Shown here piece by piece: positions 18,531-27,077 of a stretch of 64,000 bases of DNA (within the stretch, counting starts at the first letter, position 1; every line of letters starts with the position of its first letter). Below the pieces are notes generated by a model. That model saw only the letters and a program-made list of their open reading frames with translations, had not been told where the DNA came from and searched no databases. The translations under genes were made by a program, and so were the position numbers. The stretch lies in NCBI GenBank assembly GCA_965227095.1, contig CBDDFL010000001.1, positions 85,539 to 149,538 of the forward strand, written 5' to 3'. This stretch comes from Alphaproteobacteria bacterium (lineage in GTDB: Bacteria > Pseudomonadota > Alphaproteobacteria > JANQMY01).

Positions 18531-20105
18531 ATGACTGAACCGCGTACACGTATACTGGTATTGGGCATTGATTCCGCGGAGCCACGACTTGTGCATGAAA
18601 TGGCGGGTGCGGGGCGTCTGCCCCATGTCGCCTCCTTGCTTAAAGGCGGCCTAACAGGGGCGGTTCAGAACCCTCGCGGTTTCGAATCCGGCACGGTGTG
18701 GCAGAGCTTTCATACGGGCAAAGAACCCGGCGGCCATCCCATGTATGATGGGCTACGCTATTTCAATCCGCAAACCTATGGTTTTTCGTTTCTCGAACAA
18801 TCAGAGGTCGGCGCCGATCTCATCTGGGAACATTTGTCAAAGCACGGCAAACGGTGCGCGGTGATTGACGCGCCTTATTGTCAGATCGGCCAAACCATCA
18901 ATGGCATTCTGGTTGCGGACTATGCGGTGCATGACGCCGCCCTCGGCGACAATGTGATCACCTTTGCAACCGACCCCGCCCCTCTGGCGCAAGAGCTGCT
19001 GGACCTGGTAGGTCCCGACCCCACGGGGGGCATTCAAAGTGACATTCCGCTGGTGGAAACACTGCAAGACCATATCGACTTCCGCGATAAATATTTCGCC
19101 CGCGTCGAGAAAAAGGGGCGCCTCATCAACCACATCCTGCAAAAAGAGCCGTGGGACTATGTAGAGGCCGTGTTTACCGAACCCCACAGTGTGGGGCATC
19201 GGTTGTGGCATGTGGCCAATCCCGACCACGACCAATATCAGCGGCATCTGCATGAGGCCCTGGGAGATCCCATCCGCGATCTTTATGAACTGACCGACAA
19301 GGCGATCGGCGAGGTTCTAGCCCAGTTGGATGACCGTACGCTGGTGATTTTCTACATAAGCCACGGCATGGAAAACCATTACACCGGCGTTGGTCTTCTG
19401 GATGAAGCCTTGGTTCAACTTGAACGTGGCGTGCCGGCCACCGGAGACCGGTCGCTCAAGGAAAAATTGCGCGGCGCGTGGCGGTCGATCCCGTCTGAAA
19501 CCCGGGGGCGCTTGCGTCCCTTCAAGAAGTTTTTCCACGGTGCGCTGTCTCCGCGCGAACAAGATTTCGCGGGCAACCGCCGTGACCGTCGCTTCTTCGA
19601 AGTCTATGCGAATTACAGAACCGGCGGTGTACGGATTAATCTGCAAGGGCGGGAAGCCAATGGATTGGTCGCCCCAGAAGACTATGATGCGCTGCTCACG
19701 GAACTGACAACCGATCTGCTGGCGCTGAAGAATGCGGATACGGGCGACAATTTGGTGGAAGAAGTGCTGCGCCCGCGCGACCTTTACGACGGCGCCTATG
19801 TAGACTATCTGCCTGACCTCTTGGTCTCGTTCGACCGGCGGGCGCCGATCAACCGTATCTCGTCAGATAAAATTGGTCTGATTGAACGCGCCTTTCCACC
19901 CGCCCGGTCCGGCGATCATTCCCGTTACGGACTGTTTGCGGCCACGGGCGCTGGCATCCCGCCCCGGAAACTCAACGCTACCGTCAACGCCGTGGATTTC
20001 TTTCCGACAGTGTGCCAAGCATTGGGTGTGGCAGCCCCAGGCTTCCCGGGAAAACCGATTGAGCATCTGCCCGCCGCCGCCCGCATGCTCGAAGACGCAC
20101 GTTAA
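18531..20105 (+). CDS. Alkaline phosphatase-like / type I phosphodiesterase-nucleotide pyrophosphatase family protein
   Basis: ILVLGIDSAEP...LPHVASLLKGG N-terminus (PF01663-like), ...ARSGDHSRYGLFAATG metal-site region; 524 aa; tandem paralog of the IS-disrupted gene. Confidence 0.75.
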   Translation: MTEPRTRILVLGIDSAEPRLVHEMAGAGRLPHVASLLKGGLTGAVQNPRGFESGTVWQSFHTGKEPGGHPMYDGLRYFNPQTYGFSFLEQSEVGADLIWEHLSKHGKRCAVIDAPYCQIGQTINGILVADYAVHDAALGDNVITFATDPAPLAQELLDLVGPDPTGGIQSDIPLVETLQDHIDFRDKYFARVEKKGRLINHILQKEPWDYVEAVFTEPHSVGHRLWHVANPDHDQYQRHLHEALGDPIRDLYELTDKAIGEVLAQLDDRTLVIFYISHGMENHYTGVGLLDEALVQLERGVPATGDRSLKEKLRGAWRSIPSETRGRLRPFKKFFHGALSPREQDFAGNRRDRRFFEVYANYRTGGVRINLQGREANGLVAPEDYDALLTELTTDLLALKNADTGDNLVEEVLRPRDLYDGAYVDYLPDLLVSFDRRAPINRISSDKIGLIERAFPPARSGDHSRYGLFAATGAGIPPRKLNATVNAVDFFPTVCQALGVAAPGFPGKPIEHLPAAARMLEDAR

Positions 20106-20214
20106 CACCGCGGTAAGCTTTGCCCGCGTTAACGCTAGCGGTTTATTAGGATTAATGCGCCATAGTCGCCCCAGTTTTACTGGTATTTCAAAGTAGTTCT
20201 CAGGCGGGCGTTTC

Positions 20215-21051
20215 ATGAAACCTGGCGTATACAAAGTATCCGATCTTCCGGCAGAGTTGGTCAGCACTCTTGATCTTAAAGGCGATTATGCGCTGTACGA
20301 CAAAGCACGCGGCGGCAGTTACCATTTCTTCGAAGTAGAACTTCTCAAGCGCATTGAAAGCGAACGGCAACTGATTGAAATCATTCGCTCGCCTGTGCAT
20401 GGGCATTTTCTGGTGCTGGATGGCGAGGTGCAAATCGCCAGCGCCGACGAACACGAATATCATGGTGCCTTTGCCCGCGAATCCCTTGCCTTCCTGGAAG
20501 AGCGCAACGCTAAACCCACCTACAAAGCCATGGTGTTCGGCGGCGGCGACGGCTGCCTGGCCCGCGAAATGCTGGATACGGATAAATTTAATTCCATCGA
20601 AATCATCGATTGGGACAAGGATGTGCTGGGCCTTTTCAGCGATGGCGAGATGGCGGATGTGTTTAACACCAAGCGGGTGTTTGCATCCGACACGGTCAAG
20701 GTCTACAGCGAGGACTTTCGGGATTATCAATTCGAAGCCTTGGGCGACAGTGTCGACATCCTTTATTTCGATTTGACCGACGAAGCGGTGGACGACCCCG
20801 CCTGGTCCGGCCAAATGGTCGACCTGCTCAACTACTTCATCGCCGACCAAAAGCAAGAATTGGTTCTGGCGGTGCAACTGGGGTCGCGCTTCTGTCACAC
20901 GCCGACGCAGAATTTTGAGCTGTTGCTCGGCGCGCTGAAAGACAAATTCAGCGATCAGAAAATCAAACTGACCCACAAGGAAATTTGCTTCTACATCCCG
21001 TCCTATTCCACCTATTGGGCGCTGGGATTTGTAGGCATTTCCTACGACTAG
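20215..21051 (+). CDS. Spermidine-synthase-like (polyamine aminopropyltransferase fold) protein
   Basis: FLVLDGEVQ and MVFGGGDGCLAREM motifs correspond to the SpeE substrate and SAM-binding signatures. The antisense ORF 20200-20976 was judged spurious. Confidence 0.6.
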   Translation: MKPGVYKVSDLPAELVSTLDLKGDYALYDKARGGSYHFFEVELLKRIESERQLIEIIRSPVHGHFLVLDGEVQIASADEHEYHGAFARESLAFLEERNAKPTYKAMVFGGGDGCLAREMLDTDKFNSIEIIDWDKDVLGLFSDGEMADVFNTKRVFASDTVKVYSEDFRDYQFEALGDSVDILYFDLTDEAVDDPAWSGQMVDLLNYFIADQKQELVLAVQLGSRFCHTPTQNFELLLGALKDKFSDQKIKLTHKEICFYIPSYSTYWALGFVGISYD

Positions 21052-21072
21052 AGTTCAAGGGGCACGGCGCCC

Positions 21073-21810
21073 CTACACGGACACTTTTTGATCGGCGCCC
21101 GTCTCTTTGGGGAGGGGCGCCATCTTCGTTTCAAGCGCCGAAATCTGGTCCCGAAACCGTCGCGCCGTGTCGTCATCGGCATAGGCCAGAAGATTGCACA
21201 GCCCCGTATGTTCGACGCGGGTCACAAAGTCCGCATCGCTCAACGCCCCCCGCGCCCACAAAATGGCCGTGCCGAACCAGCCCACCGTCAATTGAGAAGC
21301 GAGAATGTGCGGGTCGAAGCGCGCCGCCAGCGCCCCTTGTTCCAAGGCGCGGATCAAGGCGGTTTCCGCAAGTCCGGCGCCAAATTCCATGAACTCCAAA
21401 GGGCGGCTGGGGGAGCCCAAGGGGCGGTCCTTGTCGCCCGCCCACATGGGATGAAAGAGCGCCTTGCGCGCAATGCATTTTTCCGCCGCCACCGTCATGA
21501 TGGTCAGCACCTGCTCGATGGGGTCTTGATCTTCGGGGAGCGCCGTCAGTTCTTCTTCCAGGGTCGAAAAGGCGCGGTCTTCCAGCACGGCGGCGATGGC
21601 TTCCTTGCCGCCGCCATAGAGGTTGTAAAGCGTCTTGACGCTCAGCCCCACTTCCTGGGCCAGCGCCCGCATGGTGAAAGCGCTCAAGGAATCGCGCATG
21701 ATCAACCGCTCCGCCGAATCCAAGATTCGCTGGCGCCTGGCCTCCATATTGAGTGCGCGTTGATCCATCCCGACCACGGTCGATCCCATTGAGTCCCCGA
21801 TCTTTGGCAT
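21073..21810 (-). CDS. TetR-family transcriptional regulator
   Basis: HTH RQRILDSAERLIMRDSLSAFTMRALAQEVGLSVKTLYNLYG; divergent from the CYP153 gene. The true start is probably an internal Met (MDQRAL or MEARRQ). Confidence 0.8.
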   Translation of the reverse strand: MPKIGDSMGSTVVGMDQRALNMEARRQRILDSAERLIMRDSLSAFTMRALAQEVGLSVKTLYNLYGGGKEAIAAVLEDRAFSTLEEELTALPEDQDPIEQVLTIMTVAAEKCIARKALFHPMWAGDKDRPLGSPSRPLEFMEFGAGLAETALIRALEQGALAARFDPHILASQLTVGWFGTAILWARGALSDADFVTRVEHTGLCNLLAYADDDTARRFRDQISALETKMAPLPKETGADQKVSV

Positions 21811-21854
21811 CTAGCAAGTTGGCGCCGCAATCCGCAAGTGCCATTCACATTTTG

Positions 21855-21899
21855 CTTGACTACAACGCCGTTGTAACTTACAACATTGTTGTAGTCAAG
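21855..21899. promoter_or_regulatory. Nested perfect palindrome, likely TetR operator in tetR/CYP153 divergent promoter
   Basis: Outer IR CTTGACTACAAC (21855-21866) / GTTGTAGTCAAG (21888-21899); inner IR GTTGTAA-C-TTACAAC (21870-21884). Confidence 0.6.
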
Positions 21900-21917
21900 A
21901 TTTTCCCGGAGATCTCC

Positions 21918-23192
21918 ATGAGTCAGGCCGCCCTGAAACCGTCCACAACAGACACTTTCGACCCAAACGCGATCGCGCTGGAGGACATCGATCTGACGGA
22001 CGCGAATTACTATTTCAACCAACAGCATTGGGCCCTGTTCGAACGCCTGCGCAATGAAGATCCGGTGCATTTCTATGACCATGAAGAATTTGGCCGCATC
22101 TGGTCGGTGACCCGCTATGCGGACATCATGGCGGTGGACACCAACCACAAAACGTTCTCCTCCGAACCGTCCATCTTTATCGTCGATGGGCCCACGGGCG
22201 ACGATGAAAACTTCGACCCGGAAACCTTCATCGCCATGGACCCGCCAAAACACGACATTCAGCGCAAAGCGGTGACCCCGGCCGTTTCGCCCTCTGCGTT
22301 GATGGATTTGGAACCCCTGATCCGCGAGCGTGTGTGCAAGGTGCTCGACGGCTTGCCGGTGGGCGAAACCTTCAACTGGGTGGACCGGGTGTCGATCGAA
22401 ATCACCACCCAAATGTTGGCCACCCTGTTCGATTTCCCCTTCGAAGACCGCTACAAGCTGACCTTCTGGTCAGACCTCACAACCGCCAACGAAGAAGTGT
22501 TGGAAGAAATGGGGCTCACGGAAGAAGAACGCCGCGGACACCTGTATGAATGCTTGGAAACTTTCGGCAAGCTTTACGCCGAACGCGCGGCTCTTCCGCC
22601 TGCGAATGATTTCATCTCGCTGATGGCTCATAACGAGCATATGAAAAGCCTGGACCCCATGAACTTGCTCGGCAATCTGATGCTGCTGATCGTGGGCGGC
22701 AACGACACCACGCGGAATTCCATGTCCGGCGGCGTGCTGGCCCTGCATAACCATCCGGACCAATTCGCGAAGCTGAAGGCCGACCCGTCGGTCATCCCGA
22801 ACATGGTGTCGGAAATCATTCGTTGGCAGACGCCGCTGGCCTATATGCGCCGCACTGCCACGGAAGATGTGGAACTGGGCGGCAAGACCATCAAAAAAGG
22901 CGACCGGGTATTGATGTGGTACATCTCCGGCAACCGCGACGAGCGGGACATTGACCGCCCCAATGAATTCCTGATCGACCGGGAAGGCGCCCGCCGCCAC
23001 CTATCCTTTGGCTTCGGCATTCACCGCTGCATGGGCAACCGTGTGGGCGAAATGCAGGTGCGCATTCTGTGGGAAGAAATTCTCAACCGCTTCGACCGGG
23101 TGGAAGTGGTGGGCACGCCCGTGCGCACTTTCTCGAACTTCGTGATGGGCTTCACCGACCTACCTGTCGTCGTGCACCCGAAGACGAGCTAG
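21918..23192 (+). CDS. Cytochrome P450, CYP153 family (alkane/alkyl omega-hydroxylase-like)
   Basis: CYP153 signatures LLIVGGNDTTRNSMSGG, EIIRWQTPLAYMRRTA, heme loop FGFGIHRCMGNRVGE. Confidence 0.9.
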   Translation: MSQAALKPSTTDTFDPNAIALEDIDLTDANYYFNQQHWALFERLRNEDPVHFYDHEEFGRIWSVTRYADIMAVDTNHKTFSSEPSIFIVDGPTGDDENFDPETFIAMDPPKHDIQRKAVTPAVSPSALMDLEPLIRERVCKVLDGLPVGETFNWVDRVSIEITTQMLATLFDFPFEDRYKLTFWSDLTTANEEVLEEMGLTEEERRGHLYECLETFGKLYAERAALPPANDFISLMAHNEHMKSLDPMNLLGNLMLLIVGGNDTTRNSMSGGVLALHNHPDQFAKLKADPSVIPNMVSEIIRWQTPLAYMRRTATEDVELGGKTIKKGDRVLMWYISGNRDERDIDRPNEFLIDREGARRHLSFGFGIHRCMGNRVGEMQVRILWEEILNRFDRVEVVGTPVRTFSNFVMGFTDLPVVVHPKTS

Positions 23193-23204
23193 GCGATCAG
23201 CCTT

Positions 23205-23232
23205 GACGGACGGGGTTTGCAACCCCGTTTAC
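23205..23232. repeat. REP-like palindrome (degenerate copy) immediately after CYP153 stop
   Basis: gacggacggggtttgcaaccccgtttac (compare consensus TTGACGGACGGGGTTACAAACCCCGTCCGTCAA). Confidence 0.5.
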
Positions 23233-23238
23233 CTCTGT

Positions 23239-23637
23239 TTATTTCTCACCAGGTTCACCTTGCGCGGTGGAGAGGAGTCTGACCAACAGTCCAAGCAAGG
23301 TCAAAGAGATTAGACCGTAGAGGCCGACGATTGACCAGCCATTTTCATTCGCCCCGGCATACTGTCCCTGGATCGCCATGACCGTGCTCAAAGACGTTGC
23401 GATCAGAAGGGATGACACAAACCCCATACGCAGGTTTCTATCCTCAGTTCGACGGGCGAACCATGCGCACATGCCCATGCCGATGAGTGTCGAGCCCCAG
23501 AACCGATAGATGACGATCCCCATGGCGCTCAATTGAACATCGTAATTTGCCAACATATCTTCGGGGAACAGAACACATAGAGCGCCAGAGACAATGGTTA
23601 CTACGGCCAAAATTGAAAGTACCAATTTATACGTCAC
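23239..23637 (-). CDS. hypothetical small membrane protein (4 predicted TM)
   Basis: 132-aa hydrophobic ORF; no family recognised. Confidence 0.5.
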   Translation of the reverse strand: MTYKLVLSILAVVTIVSGALCVLFPEDMLANYDVQLSAMGIVIYRFWGSTLIGMGMCAWFARRTEDRNLRMGFVSSLLIATSLSTVMAIQGQYAGANENGWSIVGLYGLISLTLLGLLVRLLSTAQGEPGEK

Positions 23638-23676
23638 GGCCTTTTCCTTTTTTTTAGGGTCTAATGATGTCGAGTG

Positions 23677-24984
23677 TTAGGCTGACAAGCTCAGCCCCAC
23701 TTGCTTTTTGACCTGGGCCAAAGCAGCGCGATAGGTGTCGATATGCACATAATTTGCATGTCGTTGAGAGTCGACATAACGGTGGCCAGCCGTGAGGTCG
23801 GGCTTATGCGTCTTTTTCATTTTTGAAAGCTTTTCTTTCAAGGGCGATTCGGCATTGGCCGCGGCATCTGCCGCGATTAACTCAGCCATCTGATCAAAAT
23901 TTGCGTATGCCGCCGAGGAGAATTCCACAAACCCAAGAAACGCCAAATTGCTGTGCTTTCTGGAAAACATTCCCAAATAAAGATCGGGCCGCCCCTTCTT
24001 TTTGTCTACGTCGGCTGGGTCCAGGAACGGGATGTCGTGTTTGTATCCGGTCGCCGCTATGATGAGATCCACCTGCTCTCTAGACCCGTCAACAAATTCA
24101 ACACAATGGCCATCCAATCTCGCAATGTCCGGTTTAACGACACAATCGCCGTGCCCCACATAGTGCAGAATCTGGGTGTTCATCAACGGATGAGATTGAA
24201 ACAGTTTGTGGTCCGGCTTCGGAAATCCGTATCTCGCAACATTGCCATTCATCAAGTTCAGGATCAACGTGATTGCCGGCGTGGAAATCCAGTCCGGAAG
24301 CTTGGCCCCTTTCCTCGCAAACACATCCGTCGGCTGTCCCATGATGTATTTCGGCACAAAATGATAACCCCTTCGTACGCTGATGAATGTCTGCTTCGCT
24401 GCAAATGCCGCATCACACGCAATGTCTGCGCCGGAATTCCCAGCGCCAACGATCAGCACACGTTTTCCAGCAAACTCCGACGGCGATCGATATGTGATTG
24501 AATGTCGAATTTCTCCGTCAAAATTTCCGGGCCATGAAACTAAGTTAGGTTCCCAAGTCACTCCATTGGCGCAGATCAAATAACGGGCGGTAAGGGTTTC
24601 ACCCTCTTTCGTTTCTAACTTCCATTTCCCCTGACGGTCACGCTTGGCATGGGTAATATGGGTGTTCAGTCTTACGTGTTTGCGTAAATCAAACGTGTCG
24701 GCGAACGACCGGATATAGTCGAGAACAAGTGTGTGATTTGGGTAGTCGGGGTAACCATCGGGCATTGGAAATCCGGGAATTCCCGACAATGACCGAGACG
24801 AAATAAAGTGGGCGGAGTCGTACATCGGCGATCCAGGTGCATCAATGTCCCAAACACCTCCTACGTCAGACCCACGATCAATTAACTGAAACCTTGTGTC
24901 ATATGACTGGAGGTGTTTTGCCAGAATCAATCCGGCAGGGCCCGCACCAACAACCAAAACATCCCATTCTTTCGTCTCATTCAT
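23677..24984 (-). CDS. Flavin-containing monooxygenase (FMO-like, two dinucleotide-binding motifs)
   Basis: VLVVGAGPAGL (FAD) and LIVGAGNSGADIA (NADPH) GxGxxG motifs, FMO-like FxGxxxHS region. Confidence 0.85.
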   Translation of the reverse strand: MNETKEWDVLVVGAGPAGLILAKHLQSYDTRFQLIDRGSDVGGVWDIDAPGSPMYDSAHFISSRSLSGIPGFPMPDGYPDYPNHTLVLDYIRSFADTFDLRKHVRLNTHITHAKRDRQGKWKLETKEGETLTARYLICANGVTWEPNLVSWPGNFDGEIRHSITYRSPSEFAGKRVLIVGAGNSGADIACDAAFAAKQTFISVRRGYHFVPKYIMGQPTDVFARKGAKLPDWISTPAITLILNLMNGNVARYGFPKPDHKLFQSHPLMNTQILHYVGHGDCVVKPDIARLDGHCVEFVDGSREQVDLIIAATGYKHDIPFLDPADVDKKKGRPDLYLGMFSRKHSNLAFLGFVEFSSAAYANFDQMAELIAADAAANAESPLKEKLSKMKKTHKPDLTAGHRYVDSQRHANYVHIDTYRAALAQVKKQVGLSLSA

Positions 24985-25004
24985 TCAAATACCCCCCCTC
25001 TTTC

Positions 25005-25048
25005 GTGACTAGTAGTCACGTTACAAAATACGACTATTAGTCACGTTT
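25005..25048. promoter_or_regulatory. Candidate operator in FMO promoter: palindrome GTGACTAGTAGTCAC plus direct repeat of CTAnTAGTCACGTT
   Basis: gtgactagtagtcac at 25005-25019; ctagtagtcacgtt (25008-25021) and ctattagtcacgtt (25034-25047), 20-60 bp upstream of the FMO start. Confidence 0.45.
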
Positions 25049-25230
25049 TGAGTTTTGTCAAGCGGAACTCCGCATCGGAAACACGCAGACGACAGAAAAG
25101 TTTCGCTGCTCTTTCACCGGATGAGGGAGCCGACCGTTCTCCAAAAGGAAAGTTGGGGTGTTCAAATTAAAGCACGCGGTCGAAACAATGTGCCGCGAGA
25201 ATGTCGGTTGCGCCGTGCTAAGCAGCATTA

Positions 25231-25309
25231 CTCAGCACTCAGCACTCAGCACTCAGCACTCAGCACTCAGCACTCAGCACTCAGCACTCAGCACTCAGCA
25301 CTCAGCACT
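25231..25309. repeat. Heptanucleotide microsatellite (CTCAGCA)x11.3, perfect
   Basis: Direct reading of ctcagca repeated 11 times plus ct, ending at the tetR stop codon (25309-25311); lies in the 324-bp FMO upstream region. Confidence 0.95.
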
Positions 25310-25932
25310 TAAGATACCGATCGATTTTCCAAAATATGCAAGCAGGTTAATCCACAGAAGGCATCAATCGTTCTTTTTGCCTCCGCTGGAGACAGGACTG
25401 CTACGAGACGAATTGCGGCATCTGCCAATTCCAGCATCAACAAGACGCGCTCCGCAATCGATTTGCGGGACCCGTGAACACCTCGGCTCGCCAAAAACCC
25501 AGCGACGATTTTTGCGTTCTTTCGACTGTCTTCCAAATCCAGACGCGAGAGCTCCGGATCTTCACGAATAACGGCTCTCAACTGCACACGAAACGGTTCT
25601 CTTTGATGCCGTTCAAGATATTCCCGAAAGCCAATGCGCAATATTTCCTCCGGCGATATATCCGGCCCAATCGTTGCGTGGATCAGATCAGCCCCATCCT
25701 TATAGACCCGTTTGATAAGCGCATGGACGATTGCCGGTTTTCCCGGGAAATACCGATAGACTGCCGCTTTCGATATCCCGGCCCGTTTCGCGATTTCGGT
25801 AATCGTGATCTTGTCGATACTATTGGACGACAACAACTCCTCCAGCGCCCCCAGAATCGATTCAACACCGGTCTTGCTTCGGGTTTGCTCGGGTTCACGT
25901 CTGAGCTCTAAGTCTGTGTTAGACATTCTCAT
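25309..25932 (-). CDS. TetR-family transcriptional regulator
   Basis: HTH ITITEIAKRAGISKAAVYRYFPGKPAIV; 207 aa. Confidence 0.85.
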   Translation of the reverse strand: MRMSNTDLELRREPEQTRSKTGVESILGALEELLSSNSIDKITITEIAKRAGISKAAVYRYFPGKPAIVHALIKRVYKDGADLIHATIGPDISPEEILRIGFREYLERHQREPFRVQLRAVIREDPELSRLDLEDSRKNAKIVAGFLASRGVHGSRKSIAERVLLMLELADAAIRLVAVLSPAEAKRTIDAFCGLTCLHILENRSVS

Positions 25933-26091
25933 TCAATTCCTTATGTCGGTCGCGCCGGAGAAGCTGACATCGTGTTTTGTAATCCTACCCTCGAGAAGCT
26001 CGACATGCACCGTCGCTGATGGAACCGAATAGGAAATGCCACACGAACAGAGCAACAAGGCCATAACGACGCTGGCAATGAGTCTTGGCAT
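25933..26091 (-). CDS. possible small lipoprotein (52 aa), not in supplied ORF track
   Basis: Manual translation MPRLIASVVMALLLCSCGISYSVPSATVHVELLEGRITKHDVSFSGATDIRN; signal-peptide-like with Cys; stop abuts the tetR start codon. Confidence 0.25.
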   Translation of the reverse strand: MPRLIASVVMALLLCSCGISYSVPSATVHVELLEGRITKHDVSFSGATDIRN

Positions 26092-26133
26092 TTTCTAACC
26101 CCCAATTCGGAAAATGGGTCTAGTTTCTCTATT

Positions 26134-26170
26134 GATGGGCGGGGTTACAAACCCCGTCGGTCGCCCGCCT
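26134..26170. repeat. REP element copy 2
   Basis: gatgggcggggttacaaaccccgtcggtcgcccgcc; palindromic core GGGGTTACAAACCCC. Confidence 0.7.
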
Positions 26171-26179
26171 TAAAGCGTC

Positions 26180-26956
26180 TTAGCGCGGCGACCGCCCATA
26201 GACGAGGCCGAGGCCTTGTGTCTTGTATCCTAACAATACCAACAATTCGTCCGACGCGGTTTCGATCACTTCCTTGTCGAGTGACAGAAACCAGTTTTCC
26301 TGCGTTCGGTAAATCGGCCTCGTGTACCAGCCGAACAACGCCGCGCGCGGATGTTGGGAACGGTTGCTGCCGGTGCGGTGGCGCACGCGGCTTTCGAACA
26401 CCATCAGCGTTCCCGCCGGTGCGATCACGGGAATCGCTTTTGCGGGAAGCTCGGTTTCGTCCGCATCGCCGGGCAACACATGGCTGTGTGGCACCACTTC
26501 GGTTGCCCCATTATCCGCCGTGAAATCGTCCAGCAGCACACCCACATTCATGCCTTGCGGGGCCGCCGGCCATGGCGTGGGCACGAAAAGCTGATCGGCA
26601 TGTAACATGCCGCCGTCACTGCCTGGTTCGGCGATATTGGCGGAGATATTACCGAGGAGCGCCGGCCAGCCGATCACCTCGCGTAACAGGTCGAGCACGA
26701 TCGGCAATTGGACGATGTCGCGAAACACCGCATCGCGATTGAGAATGTTCCAAACACGGACATTTTTATCGCCATAATCCAGGCCGAACATATCGGCTTT
26801 TCGGCCCAGACGCCGGTCCTCGTCCACCGCCGCATAGGTCGCGGCGCGCGCCGTTTCCAGTTGCGCGGCCGACAGCTGTCCACAGATCAACGCCAATCCG
26901 TGCTCGCGAATATGGTCCTTGGCATCGGCAGCGTTATCAACGACGGGAGGGAGCAT
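26180..26956 (-). CDS. Phytanoyl-CoA dioxygenase (PhyH) family Fe(II)/2OG oxygenase
   Basis: HADQ...H...R pattern (GGMLHADQLF, TEVVPHSHV, RHRTGSNRS), 258 aa. Confidence 0.8.
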   Translation of the reverse strand: MLPPVVDNAADAKDHIREHGLALICGQLSAAQLETARAATYAAVDEDRRLGRKADMFGLDYGDKNVRVWNILNRDAVFRDIVQLPIVLDLLREVIGWPALLGNISANIAEPGSDGGMLHADQLFVPTPWPAAPQGMNVGVLLDDFTADNGATEVVPHSHVLPGDADETELPAKAIPVIAPAGTLMVFESRVRHRTGSNRSQHPRAALFGWYTRPIYRTQENWFLSLDKEVIETASDELLVLLGYKTQGLGLVYGRSPR

Positions 26957-27030
26957 GGTTACGTCCAGATTTGTGCAGCGGTTGTGACGATCTCATAGTA
27001 TGACACAACCAATTGACATACACCTCCCTA

Positions 27031-27064
27031 TTGACGGTCGGGGTTACAAACCCCGTCCATCAAC
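27031..27064. repeat. REP element copy 3
   Basis: ttgacggtcggggttacaaaccccgtccatcaa. Confidence 0.8.
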
Positions 27065-27077
27065 TGGGAACCAATCC

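Noticed and set aside
20200-20976. 258-aa antisense ORF opposite the spermidine-synthase-like gene
   Set aside because: High-GC antisense artefact. The sense strand carries recognisable SAM-binding motifs, whereas the antisense product is low-complexity.
21088-22412. Overlapping ORFs 21088-21792(+), 21173-21844(-), 21702-22412(-) around tetR/CYP153
   Set aside because: Shadow frames of the TetR and P450 genes; the real genes carry clear family signatures.
25231-25309. CRISPR array
   Set aside because: Units are 7 nt, perfectly tandem, with no spacers; this is a microsatellite and not a CRISPR array.
25055-25571. ORFs 25055-25312 and 25158-25571 encoding ...HSALSTQHSALSTQ... repeats
   Set aside because: They are simply translations of the (CTCAGCA)n microsatellite. 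There is no start context, and a heptamer repeat is not frame-preserving.
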